From Felis catus (taxonomy: Eukaryota), in assembly GCF_018350175.1 (NCBI RefSeq), contig NC_058368.1, positions 156,862,001 to 156,926,000 on the forward strand: DNA of 64,000 nucleotides, read 5' to 3'. Each line of letters starts with the position of its first letter. Position 1 is the stretch's first letter. The translations under genes were made by a program, and so were the position numbers. Positions 52,340 through 64,000 of the stretch are shown here, in pieces. A model generated the notes under the pieces. That model did not search any database. It was not told the origin of the DNA and was given only the letters and a program-made list of their open reading frames with translations.

Positions 52340-55300
52340 ATGACTCTAAACCCATATCTTTCTATAATACACTGAATGTAAATGGACTAAATGTGCCAAC
52401 CATAAGACACAGGGTATCAGAATGGATAAAAAAACAAGACCCATCTATTTTCTGTCTACAACAGACTCATTTTAGACCTGAAGACACCTTTAGATCGAGA
52501 GTGAGGGGATGGAGAACTATTTATCATGCTACTGGAAGCCAAAAGAAAGCTGGAGTAGCCATATGCATATCAGACAAACTAGACTTTAAATTAAAGGCTG
52601 TAACAAGAGATGAAGAAGGACATTATATAATAATTACAGGGTCTATCCATCAGGAAGAGCTAACAATTATAAATGTCTATGCACCAAATACCGGAGCCCC
52701 CAAATATATAAAACAATTACTCACAAACATAAGCAACCTTATTGATAAGAATGTGGTAATTGCAAGGGACTTTAACACCCCATGCACAGCAATGGATAGA
52801 TCATCTAGACACATGGTCAATAAAGAAAAAGGGCCCTGAATGATACATTGGATCAGAAGGACTTGACAGATACATTTAGAACTCTGCATCCCAAAGCAAC
52901 AGAATATACTTTCTTCTCGAGTGCACATGGAACATTCTCCAAGATAGATCACATACTGGGTCACAAAACAGCCCTTCATAAGTATACAAGAATTGAGATC
53001 ATACCATGCATACTTTCAGACCACAATGCTATGAAGCCTGAAATCAACCACAGGAAAAATCTGGAAAACCTCCAAAAGCATGGAGGTTAAAGAACACCCT
53101 ACTAAAAAATGAATGGGTCAACCAGGCAATTAGAGAAGAAATTAAAAAATATATGGAAATAAACGAAAATGAAAATACAACAATCCAAATGCTTTGGGAT
53201 GCAGCGAAGGCAGTCCTGAGAGGAAAATATATTGCAAGCCAGGCCTATCTCAAGAAACAAGAAAAATCCCAAATACAAAATCTAACAGCACACCTAAAGG
53301 AACTAGAAGCAGAACAGCAAAGGCAGCCTAAACCCAGCAGAAGAAGAGAAATAATAAAGATCAGAGCAGAAATAAACAATATAGAATCTAAAAAAACTGT
53401 AGAGCAGATCAACGAAACCAAGAGTTGGTTTTTTGAAAAAATAAACAAATTTGACAAGCCTCTAGCCAGGCTTCTCAAAAAGAAAAGGGAGATGACACAA
53501 ATAGATAAAATCATGAATGAAAATGGAATCATTACAACCAATCCCTCAGAGATACAAGCAATTATCAGGGAATACTCTGAAAAATTATATGCCAACAAAC
53601 TGGACAACCTGGAAGAAATGGACAAATTCCTAAACACCTACACACTTCCAAAACTCAAACAGGAGGAAATAGAAAGCTTGAACAGACCCATAACCAGTGA
53701 AGAAATTGAATCAGTTATCAAAAACCTCCCAACAAATAAGAGTCCAGGACCAGATGGCTTCCCTGGAGAATTCTACCAGACATCTAAAGCAGAGATAATA
53801 CCTATCCTTCTCAAGCTATTCCAAAAAATCGAAAGGGAAGGAAAACTTCCAGACTCATTCTATGAAGCCAGCATTACTTTGATTCCTAAACCAGACAGAG
53901 ACCCGGTAAAAAAAGAGAACTACAGGCCAATATCCCTGATGAATATGGATGCAATAATTCTCAATAAAATACTAGCAAATCGAATTCAACAGCATAGAAA
54001 AAGAATTATTCACCATGATCAAGTGGGATTCATTCCTGGGATGCAGGGCTGGTTCAACATTCGCAAGTCAATCAACGTGATACATCACATTAATAAAAGA
54101 AAAATATAAGAACCATATGATCCTGTCAATTGATGCAGAAAAGGCATTTGACAAAATTCAGCATCCTTTCTTAATAAAAACCCTTGAGAAAGTCGGGGTA
54201 GAAGGAACATACTTAAACATCATAAAAGCCATTTATGAAAAGCCCACAGCTAATATCACCCTCAATGGGGAAAAACTGAGAGCTTTCCCCCTGAGATCAG
54301 GAACATGACAGGGATGCCCACTCTCACTGCTGTTGTTTAACATAGTGTTGGAAGTGCTAGCATCAGCAATCAGACAACAAAAGGAAATCAAAGGCATCAA
54401 AATTGGCAAAGATGAAGTCAAGCTTTCACTTTTTGCAGATGACATAGTATTATACATGGAAAATCCGATAGACTCCACCAAAAGTCTGCTAGAACTGATA
54501 CAGGAATTCAGCAAAGTTGCAGGATACAAAATCAATGTACAGAAATCAGTTGCATTCTTATACACTAATAATGAAGCAACAGAAAGACAAATAAAGAAAC
54601 TGATCCCATTCACAATTGCACCCAGAAGCATTAAATACCTAGGAATAAATCTAACCAAAAATGTACAAGATCTGTATGCTGAAAACTATAGAAAGCTTAT
54701 GAAGGAAATTGAGGAAGATATAAAGAAATGGAAAAACATTCCATACTCATGGGTTGGAGGAATACTGTTAAAATGTCAATACTACCCAAAGCTATCTACA
54801 CACTCAATGCAATCCCAATCAAAATTGCACCAGCATTCTTCTCGAAGCTACAACAAGCAATCCTAAAATTCATATGGAACCACAAAAGGCCCCAAATAGC
54901 CAAAGTAATTTTGAAGAAGAAGACCAAAGCAGGAGGCATCACAATCCCAGACTTTAGCCTCTACTACAAAGCTGTAATCAACAAGACAGCATTGTATTGG
55001 CATAAAAACAGACACATAGACCAATGGAATAGAATAGAAACCCCAGAACTAGACCCACAAACGTATGGCCAACTCATCTTTGACAAAGCAGGAAAGAACA
55101 TCCAATGGAAAAGAGACAGTCTCTTTAACAAATGGTGCTGGGAGAACTGGACAGCAACATGCAGAAGGTTGAAACTAGACCACTTTCTCACACCATTCAC
55201 AAAAATTAACTCAAAATGGATAAAGGACTTGAATGTGAGACAGGAAACCATCAAAACCCTAGAGGAGAAAGCAGGAAAAGACCTCCCTGACCTCAGCCGC

Positions 55301-56165
55301 AGCAATTTCTTACTTGACACATCCCCAAAGGCAAGGGAATTAAAAGCAAAAATGAACTACTGGGACCTCATGAAGATAAAAAGCTTCTGCACAGCAAAGG
55401 AAACAATCAACAAAACTAAAAGGCAACCAACGGAATGGGAAAAGATATTCGCAAATGACATATCGGACAAAGGGCTAGTATCCAAAATCTATAAAGAGCT
55501 CACCAAACTCCACACCCGAAAAACAAATAACCCAGTGAAGAAATGGGCACAAAACATGAATAGACACTTCTATAGACACTAAAGAAAACATCCAGATGGC
55601 CAACAGGCACATGAAAAGATGCTCCACATCGCTCCTCATCAGGGAAATACAAATCAAAACCACACTCAGATATCACCTCACGCCAGTCAGAGTGGCTAAA
55701 ATGAACAAATCAGGAGACTATAGATGCTGGAGAGGATGTGGAGAAATGGGAACCCTCTTGCACTGTTCGTGGGAATGCAAATTGATGCAGCCACTCTGGA
55801 AAACAGTGTGGAGGTTCCTCAAAAAATTAAAAATAGACCTACCCTATGACCCAGCAGTAGCACTGCTAGGAATTTACCCAAGGGATATAGGAGTACTGAT
55901 GCATAGGGGCACTTGTACCCCAATGTTCATAGCAGCACTCTCAACAATAGCCAAATTGTGGAAAGAGCCTAAATGTCCATCAACTGATGAATGGATAAAG
56001 AAATTATGGTTTATATACACAATGGAGTACTACATGGCAATGAGAAAGAATGAAATATGGCCCTTTGTAGCAACGTGGATGTAACTGGAGAGTGTGATGC
56101 TAAGTGAAATAAGCCATACAGAGAAAGACAGATACCATATGGTTTCACTCTTATGTGGATCCTGA
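52340..56165 (+). pseudogene. L1 ORF2p (endonuclease + reverse transcriptase), broken by frameshifts and stops
   Basis: EN motifs (INVYAPN, DFNTP, SKIDHI, SDHN), RT motifs ([29 protein letters not shown]) and the C-terminal Cys-rich region are split over at least seven ORFs; premature TAA at 56082-56084. Confidence 0.95.
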
Positions 56166-56669
56166 GAAACTTAACAGAAACCCATGCAGGAGGGGAAGGA
56201 AAAAAGAAAAAAAAAAGAGGTTAGAGTGGGAGAGAGAGCCAAAGCGTAAGAGACTCTTAAAAACTGAGAACAAACTGAGGGTTGATGGGGGGTGGGAGGG
56301 AGGGGAAGGTAGGTGATGGGCATTGAAGACAGCATCTTTTGGGATGAGCACTGGGTGTTGTATGGAAACTAATTTGACAATAAATTTCATATAATAAAAA
56401 ATAAAAAAATAAAAAAAATCACTAAAAGCATTGAGAATATACAATAATGGGAATGTAATGCAGTCAGAGATGGTCAAGGAAGATCTCTTTTTTTAGAAAG
56501 TGGTATTTTAAAGAGATTGGAAAGAGTAGGCAGGGTTAATTAGCCAAAGATGAGCATTAAGGAGAAGGACATTTCATAAGAAGATAGGTATGCACAAAGG
56601 CCCTGCAGCAGGAGAGAGGCGCATATGCCATGAACCCAGGGTTCAGCAGGAGATAAGTCTCATGTTCTC

Positions 56670-57900
56670 CCTAGGTTGCTGCACCAGCCTCCTTACAGTC
56701 TTTGCTTACACTATTGTCTATATCCCCAGTCTATTCCCAGCCCAGCTGCCATAGAAATTCCTTTAAAATATAAGGCAAGTTATACCATTACTTTTCTCAA
56801 AACCTGCAACACTTCACTCACCCATCCCAGCCACCCTGGCCTCCTCCATGTTCCTAGCACATTGCAGACATGCTCCCAAGTCAGGGCTTTTGCCCTGGAT
56901 GTCCCTTCCAGCCTGTAGTACTCTCCCCCTGGACAAGAGCATGACTGACTCCCTCACATCCTTCAAATCTGTGCTCCAATCTCACCTTCCCATTGAAGCC
57001 CACCATGTCTACCCAATTTAAATATCAAACCCTTTCCCTCAACTCCAGCACTCTTCATGCCCCTGCCTGTGTTCAGTTTTCTTTTTACTCTGGTACTTAT
57101 CACCTTCTAACACCCTGCTGCTCTCCTCATGTTGTCCCACCCTCTTCCATCCACCATCCACCTGTGGATGGGTCTCAAACCTACAACTCTCTCAGGGTAT
57201 GCCTGACTCTTGGGAGCTTTAGATGCATACATCCAGATCTCCACTGATCTCCACCTCAACATCTCATCAGCACAAAGCTCAATATTACACCTTCCTTTAC
57301 CACAGACTTCACCTCTTTATGCAATCACATCTCTAAATCCACCCCAGTTCAGTCAGCTACTCTGCTACAAAGCTGAGGGAGCTTCTTAGAATCCTCAATC
57401 CCTCTGGCTCCCCAAAACCCAATAAGCATCACATTTATTGATTTTACATCTGAAAAATATCTTAACTCTGCCAATGCCTCATTCAGGTTCTCCTCACCTT
57501 GTCCCTTCACTATCCCAGCAGCTTCCTAAATTGTCAAATACAGCCTCACATCGTTGCCACTCAGACCACCAAGCATAACACAAGCTTGAGCAAGTCATTC
57601 CTTTTTCAGAAGAGAAAGCCTAAACCATCAAGCATGGAAGAGAAATTCTGCATGTCCTAGTTCTTCCTCAGTTTCCCCTACCATAGTCTCAGCCTCATGC
57701 TCCACCTCAGTAATGTTAAACATCTGGGGATCCACTCTCCTTCCTTGTATTCACCACACCCCTTCTTTACCTCAGGTACTCCCACTCGTCTTTCAGGACA
57801 ACTCAGGAAAACTTCCCTGACCCAAACTGAGTCGAACACCTTCCTTTTATGTTCTGCTAATATCTGTGAGTACCTCTATCCAATGGAGACCGAGTCCTAG
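56670..57900 (+). mobile_element. LINE-2 fragments
   Basis: cagccaccctggcctcctccatgttcc ... cagggcttttgccctggatgtcccttccagcctg ... ctccctcacatccttcaaatct. Confidence 0.75.
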
Positions 57901-58381
57901 AATCCACGTTTAGCCAAAGCTGGGGCTGAAGTCAACTTCACCATAACACACAAGTTTCTGCATTGTTAAGAATATGCCTGTGAAACTTTATCAGATATGT
58001 TTATTAGTATTACAGTTATTATAATTTTATATCAAAATCATTTTACATTTTTTTCTCAGCCCTTTCAGTCATTAGATTGTGCCTACAGTTACCATGCTAC
58101 CATGCTACACAAGTGCTTTCCCAAACAGATGCTCACTTTCAGACTTCAAGGTACATCATTTTTTCTACCACTATTTTCTTCACACTGTGTACATTATTTA
58201 TTATCTCTTATTAAAGAAGATTTCTCATGGATGTTGTCACACATGATTGTGTAATTTTTCCTCCTCATGGAATTTTGAGTCCTAAGATTTCTACAAATGT
58301 TAGGATTCTATAGAGATTAGTGATATAATGTGATTTCATCTGTATTCTTCTTTCATGGATTGCTATTTAAATATCTATAAT

Positions 58382-58619
58382 GGGGCACCTGGGTGGCGCA
58401 GTCGGTTAAGCGTCCGACTTCAGCCAGGTCACGATCTCGCGGTCCGTGAGTTCGAGCCCCGTGTCAGGCTCTGGGCTGATGGCTCGGAGCCTGGAGCCTG
58501 TTTCCGATTCTGTGTCTCCCTCTCTCTCTCTGCCCCTCCCCCGTTCATGCTCTGTCTCTCTCTGTCCCAAAAATAAAATTAAAAAAAAAAAGTTGAAAAA
58601 AAAGTTAAAAAAAAAATAA
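58382..58619 (+). mobile_element. Young felid CAN-SINE with TSD
   Basis: CpG-rich body nearly identical to 6460-6692; taaatatctataat on both sides. Confidence 0.97.
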
Positions 58620-58880
58620 ATATCTATAATGTATATATATTTATATATAAATTACATATTTTATAACCATCGATTTATTGAAAATATATAATATTCTTCA
58701 TAAAGTCACCTAGCTAACACAGTATCTCTTAGTATTCGTGCTATTTGTTCATCTCTTTTTCTATTAATTACTTGAAATTCATCATTCAATATAAAAAGCA
58801 CATAAGGATATGATCATTCTAAGTTATACATACATTACTTATATATGTTTAAAAGTTAAATGTTAAGTATGGTGTCATAC

Positions 58881-59046
58881 CTTGAATACATAAGAGTTAT
58901 TGTTGTATAGATTAGCTATGATGCCAACCTTGTGTTCACACACAAGTTCGGGGATGACAGAAACAACATGACGGTGAGCATTTCCTCTTGAGCTGTCCAA
59001 AGACTCAGACCTAATAGCAGGTTCTGACTGAACAGTGAGGCCAAGC
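58881..59046 (-). other. Candidate exon (166 nt) with one open frame
   Basis: atcatttttcAG acceptor and AAG|GTATGA donor; open frame LGLTVQSEPAIRSESLDSSRGNAHRHVVSVIPELVCEHKVGIIANLYNNNSYVFK, not recognised. Confidence 0.3.
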
Positions 59047-59396
59047 CTGAAAAATGATATATCTCTAAGCTCTAGATTGTAATTTTTGGTCTGTTTCTCT
59101 ATCTCCCCCAGCACAGCATGAACCCTTTGGAGGCAGACACTCTACATCAGTCATCAATGACAGTGTTTGGCAAATACTGAATATTCAAAATACTTTTTTG
59201 AATATTCAACAAACTGACCTATTAAATCAGTGAGAAAGATCTTTTCTAAGATCTTTGCTTATTTTTCTAAGATCGTTGTTAGCTGCGTATCTGTTCAGCT
59301 GCATAGCTGAATCTGTTAGGCAGATTCAAACTTGGTCCATCATGTGCAATGAAGTCTTGGCAACATACCACTTTACATTTAATCAAAACAATTCTC

Positions 59397-59620
59397 GGGG
59401 CGCCTGGGTGGCTCAGTCGGTTGAGCGTTCGACTTCAGCTCAGGTCACGATCTCACGGTTCGTGAGTTCGAGCCCCGTGTCGGGCTCTGGGCTGATGGCT
59501 CAGAGCCTGGAGCCTGCTTTGGATTCTGTGTCTCCCTCGCTCTCTGCCCCTCCCCCATTCATGCTCTGTCTCTCTCTGTCTCAAAAATAAATAAACATTA
59601 AAAAAAAATTAAAAAGAAAC
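59397..59620 (+). mobile_element. Felid CAN-SINE
   Basis: ggggcgcctgggtggctcagtcgg head; flanks share aacaattctc. Confidence 0.96.
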
Positions 59621-61437
59621 AACAACAATTCTCTATCTTTAGATTCTGTCATCAGTTTATTATCTACATTTTCATACTTACAGGTTATACTCTGATCAGT
59701 TAAATCTTACTATCTTCTTCTTTGTTGTCTAATAACACACACTCTGTCTTCTTTCTTCATGTTAACTATTTCCTTCATGTTATTAGAAAAGATCCTACTA
59801 GGACATTTTATGTTGTAAATATTATTTATCTTATTCGATTCTAAACCAATCAGATATTCCGTTTTTTTTCCTTTTTTTTTTTTTTTTGGTATTTTGTTCT
59901 TAAATACAGATTCTTGATCAACTTTCACAAATCTGCGAAGGTTCTATAATATTGCAGTTTTTAAATGATCAAAATGATAAAACTATAACAAGTTAAAAAA
60001 TCAAAATGCTTACATTTATTTCCATGAATTGTGAAGTCTAAAATATAGTTTTATAATCCCACCTCAAAGAACAATTTAAAATCTTACTGTACACATCTTT
60101 CAGTCTTTAATTTATCCATTTTCATGTAACTTTATTAACTACACATTATATGTAAGATGCTGCTTTAGGCACTGCCATAAATTAAGGAAAAAATGTAATT
60201 AGCCAGATATCTACTACATATAATTGTGCTTAATATTTAATAAACCCTATCCATGTGGGAATTGTGCCTAAAGCACTAACATCAGCCTTTCTGCACAGGT
60301 AAAGACCATTCTCATGTCTCAGTATGGTAGCCATTTTGTAAGACAATGTGGATATTTGCAACTCAACTTCTCATGGTCTCCAAAATGAGGACAATGCCAT
60401 TATTTTTAGAACATTAAGAAGTCTGCAGGAGAAGATACTGTATAACCCACTTCCTCACTTCCTATACCACAGAAGTCTGAAGAACACATAAACTTGGAGA
60501 TTTCTGTGAATTCACAGCAGTCAAAAATCTTAAAAATCAATCTGGTTTGATGTGACACATCAAGCCCATAATACACCTGGGGTATCATCCTGCTCAAACG
60601 TCACAGTCCCAAAACAATATTTTAGGGGGGAAAACATCTCAAAGAACATGCCATTCTTTCATTAGGCAGCTGGCTATTTCTTTACATTCATACCACTTTT
60701 TAGTTCGCCCAGAGAACATAAAGCCCTTACCACCTTCTGAAGTTATTTTCCCTCAATTTAAACTCCTAAGAAAATTTAAATCCTTCAGAATTCATTAGCT
60801 GTAAAACTCCATTTACACTGGCATTAGAGTCTATTTCTACCTGGCAGCAACATTCATCAAACACCTACATGCTACTGTATAGAAATGAGTCATTTCCTCT
60901 TCTGGGGGAGATTTAAAGCACAACTATGCAAAGCAAAATAGACTGAAGGGCTAGAAAAAGGAAAAGTTTCCAAAAAAGGAAACACTGAACCATAGTCTCT
61001 CACTGAGTGAAAATAGGTAGAGAAAATAAAAATATAAATCAACTATAAGGTTTAATGAACATCAACACCTTTATGAATCAAAATGCCTGTGCAAAAGGCT
61101 TAGTGGGAAAAAGAAGTCCTCAAAGAAATGCTTAAAATAACTTCATTCAAATGATGTGACCCTTATTCATTTAAAACACAACTCTGTGGCTGTTTTTGAC
61201 TGAGAATTGAATAGGTTCATCTCTAACCAACAAAACTAGATTTTTCTAAATTGTCATATCGCTCTTCACTTTCTCTCTCTCTCTCTCTGCCTCTCTTTCT
61301 CTCTTTGATTCCCACTTACTTCTGGTGAGGCATTAATGAAAAAAAAAAAAAGGAAAAGGAACAAGGAAAAGTATTATTCAAACTCAGTCATTTGGAGACT
61401 TAATTAGGATTCTGAAACTTTTGTAATGGTTGGCATC

Positions 61438-62465
61438 TTTTTTTTTTTCCAGTTCCTCTACAGTTTATTGTTAACAGCAGTAGTTGTGGGACACAGGAGG
61501 GTACCCTCCACGCATAATACAGTGTGGTCAGAGCCTTAAGAGAGCCCTTCCCACCCATATGACAAGATCCAATCAGCCCTGCCTCAGCTTAACTCCCTCC
61601 CCTTACCACTCTAAACACACACTGTCTAGACAGCTACCAAAGTTGGTGCAGATAATGGCCCCAGACCCTTTCCTATTGCTCCAGCTCCAATCCTTCCCTC
61701 ATACTTGTTTATTGCCCACCACATCCCATTCCAACTTCTATTTCACACACTGGATGTTTCCATCACATCCTAAGGACCACTAACCCACCAGCAAGCCTCC
61801 CCTGACACATACTGTTCAGGTCTTTGAAGGGTTACTGAGAAGCCATATCACCTGTGGTGAATGGAGTCCCAGCCCCAAGCCCCCCACCCTTGCAACAGGA
61901 TAAGTAGGGACAGTCTGTTGGAGGCACCATGGGCAATACAACAATATCTTGTCCCTTATATACAGACATCTAGATTAGGGAGAGGCGATACATGCCTTCT
62001 CCACCTTAACACCGTAATGAGGGAGAGGAATACTTAAAGGGTGTGGGTCCTTAAGAGATATTAGGACATCTCTCCAAGGAGATGAGGGGTATCACAAGTT
62101 AGAAGTCAAAGTTAGGGTGGCAGTCAAATATCAAAGTCATCTCCCCACATGATCTGCCCATCTTCCCTTACTCTACCCCAGTACCCTATGTACCTCCCAG
62201 GTTAGAGCATGAGGAGATGAGGGCCAGGTCCTACACCAGAGCAGCAAGGGTCATTCAACAGGAGACCTCCCTGGTATGCCCTGGGGTCCTGAAGGGAGAG
62301 TCCCAGACTTGTTGCTCTGGGACAGAGTGCAAAAGCCTGACCAGTTGCCATCCATGGATACTACACTGGTCAAGGAGGTCTGGCGATCATGACAGGCAAG
62401 TCATGTAGGATGAGGCCATGTAGTCCATGCCTTGTGGGAAGTACTTGAAGGCCGTGGTCAGCTTG
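61438..62465 (-). pseudogene. NDRG2: 5'-truncated processed pseudogene (retrocopy) of NDRG2: C-terminal CDS remnant (62464-62255), 3'UTR and poly(A)
   Basis: Minus translation KLTTAFKYFPQGMDYMASSYMTCLS*S / SLTSVVSMDGNWSGFCTLSQSNKSGTLPSGP / GHTREVSC* matches the NDRG2 C-terminus ([70 protein letters not shown]). AATAAA at 61469-61464, A11 tail at 61448-61438, TSD GGTTGGCAYCTTTT at 61428-61441 and 62466-62479. Confidence 0.93.
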
Positions 62466-62589
62466 GGTTGGCACCTTTTAAAAGCCAGTTTGTTTGTCTT
62501 GTTAAAGCAAGAGTCCTTAAATTACTTAGTTGTGAGAAGCAATAACAGACTAATCTACTGGAAGCAATAATAAATTTTACATTTCCAGC

Positions 62590-63280
62590 CTTATTTGTAA
62601 TAGCACAAAAGTGGAAATAACCCAAAAGTTCACTAAGAGATTGGACATGATGAGAAAATTGAAGTATATCCATACAATCAGCACTATGAAGGAATTAACT
62701 ATTAATACGTAAAATAACATTAATAGATCTCAAAATTATACTGAGTGAAAAAAATCCAGGCCCCCAAAAATACATACTATAGGATCTTCCTGATATAACA
62801 TTCTAGAAAATGCAAACTAAATCTATGATTAAATAAGTTGCAAGGGGATGAAGGAAGGGAGGGATTAAAAAGTGGCATAAAGGAGGGGCACCTGGGTGGC
62901 TCAGTCAGTTAAGCACTGACTCCTGATTTTGGCTCAGGTCAGGTCATAATCTCAAATTTCATGAGATCAAGCGCTACAGTCCGGCTTCGTGCAGGCATCA
63001 TGAAGCCTGCTTGGGATTCTCTCTCCCACTCTCTGTACCTTCCCTGCTCCTGTTTGCGTGCTCTCTCTCACTCTCTCTCTCAAAATAAATAAACATTAAA
63101 AAAATAATTTTAAAAAGTGGTATAAGGAAACTTTCTGGATCCAGGGAGATATTTTGTATTTTGATAATAATGAAGATTTTACACATGTATACAATTTCAA
63201 AACTCATCAAATTGTACACTTTTAACATGTGAAATTTATTGTGTGACAATTATGCTGCAATAAAGCTGTTTAAAAAAAAA
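62590..63280 (+). mobile_element. Old L1 (L1ME/MC-like) 3' end, interrupted by a CAN-SINE (62885-63112)
   Basis: ttatttgtaatagcacaaaagtggaaataacccaaa ... aaactcatcaaattgtacacttt ... caataaagctgtttaaaaaa. Confidence 0.8.
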
Positions 63281-63334
63281 ACCGCCACTCTCACAAAGAA
63301 GTCATTGAAGTTCCCATCAAAATTAGAACTTCCA

Positions 63335-64000
63335 GTGGTTCCAGTTCAAGATGGCAATGTAAGGGGATCCTGAAACTCTTCCCACCCATCCCATCCCACT
63401 CTGACAAATACACAGAATCTATGGCTACATATGGAACAACTTCCTCTGAAAAAAAAAAAAAAAACAAAAACAAAACAGAACTGGCTGAGCAACTCCTATG
63501 CACTGGATGAGCCAGAGAAAGCACACAACACAGTGGTAGAAGCTGGGACACAATCGTGCCATAAATCTGAGTCCTGGTGCAGCAAGTCATAATCCAGAGG
63601 GAATTCAAAACTCCAAGCTTCTCCCTAAGGAGCAAAGGGTTTGAACCTCACATCAGGCACACCCATTTTTAGGACCTGCTCCTGTGAAATGAGCCCCCAA
63701 AACATCTAGCTTTAAAACCAACAGGGCTTACATCCACAAGACCCACAAGGCTATAACAATCTAAGAAATGGCTCCTACAGGGCTTGGACACTTAGACTCA
63801 CCCGCCTCAAGACAAAGAATGGACATAATAGGTAATCAATCAGGAGCGTGTGGACTTTGTGTGGGAACAGCTCAACTGCTAGTCTTGGGACGTCAGCCTA
63901 GGGCACAAGCATCTGATATGACACACATTTTGGGGCCTGCTGGGGTGGTCTCTGGGGATGGAGACTGGTGGGTGCCAGCTTTACACTCATCTTACTTCAG
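63335..64000 (+). mobile_element. 5'UTR of an older L1, running off the window
   Basis: ttccagttcaagatggcaatgtaaggggatcctgaaactc resembles an L1 5' start and is followed by GC-richer UTR sequence. Confidence 0.65.

Larger units (their letters stand above)
50451..56414 (+). mobile_element. Full-length felid LINE-1, disabled, with 16-bp TSD
   Basis: TSD AAAATCACTAAAAGCA at 50435-50450 and 56415-56430. GC/CpG-rich 5'UTR starting gggaagatgg, then ORF1, ORF2, 3'UTR, AATAAA and A tail. Inserted into an antisense L2 remnant. Confidence 0.98.

Noticed and set aside
1..64000. Prokaryotic-type systems (CRISPR, operons, defence islands) and intact rRNA/tRNA genes
   Set aside because: The sequence is mammalian; no repeat-spacer arrays or structural RNA genes were seen.

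Overview
Eukaryotic, AT-rich, repeat-dense mammalian DNA, almost certainly felid (cat-like) given ~20 Carnivora tRNA-derived CAN-SINEs of felid type and felid-type LINE-1s. No intact protein-coding gene is recognisable, and nearly all ORFs in the track are L1 remnants or SINE/simple-repeat artefacts. Main contents: (1) a full-length but disabled ~6 kb L1 (50451-56414) with a perfect 16-bp target-site duplication (TSD); (2) many older L1, L2, MIR, MLT1/LTR, Tigger and CR1 fragments; (3) a 5'-truncated processed pseudogene of NDRG2 on the minus strand (~61438-62465) with poly(A) signal, poly(A) tail and TSD, which the ORF track misses; (4) a non-repetitive block at ~48.3-49.4 kb with three HIF-type RCGTG motifs (two in an 11-bp inverted repeat), a TATA-like box and a CCACCATG|GTGAG donor, suggesting a minus-strand promoter/first exon; (5) several minus-strand exon candidates. 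L1s are strongly biased to the + strand, consistent with an intron of a long minus-strand gene that I could not identify. I found no evidence for a wholly new biological system. Repeat family names come from remembered consensus features and their boundaries are approximate.
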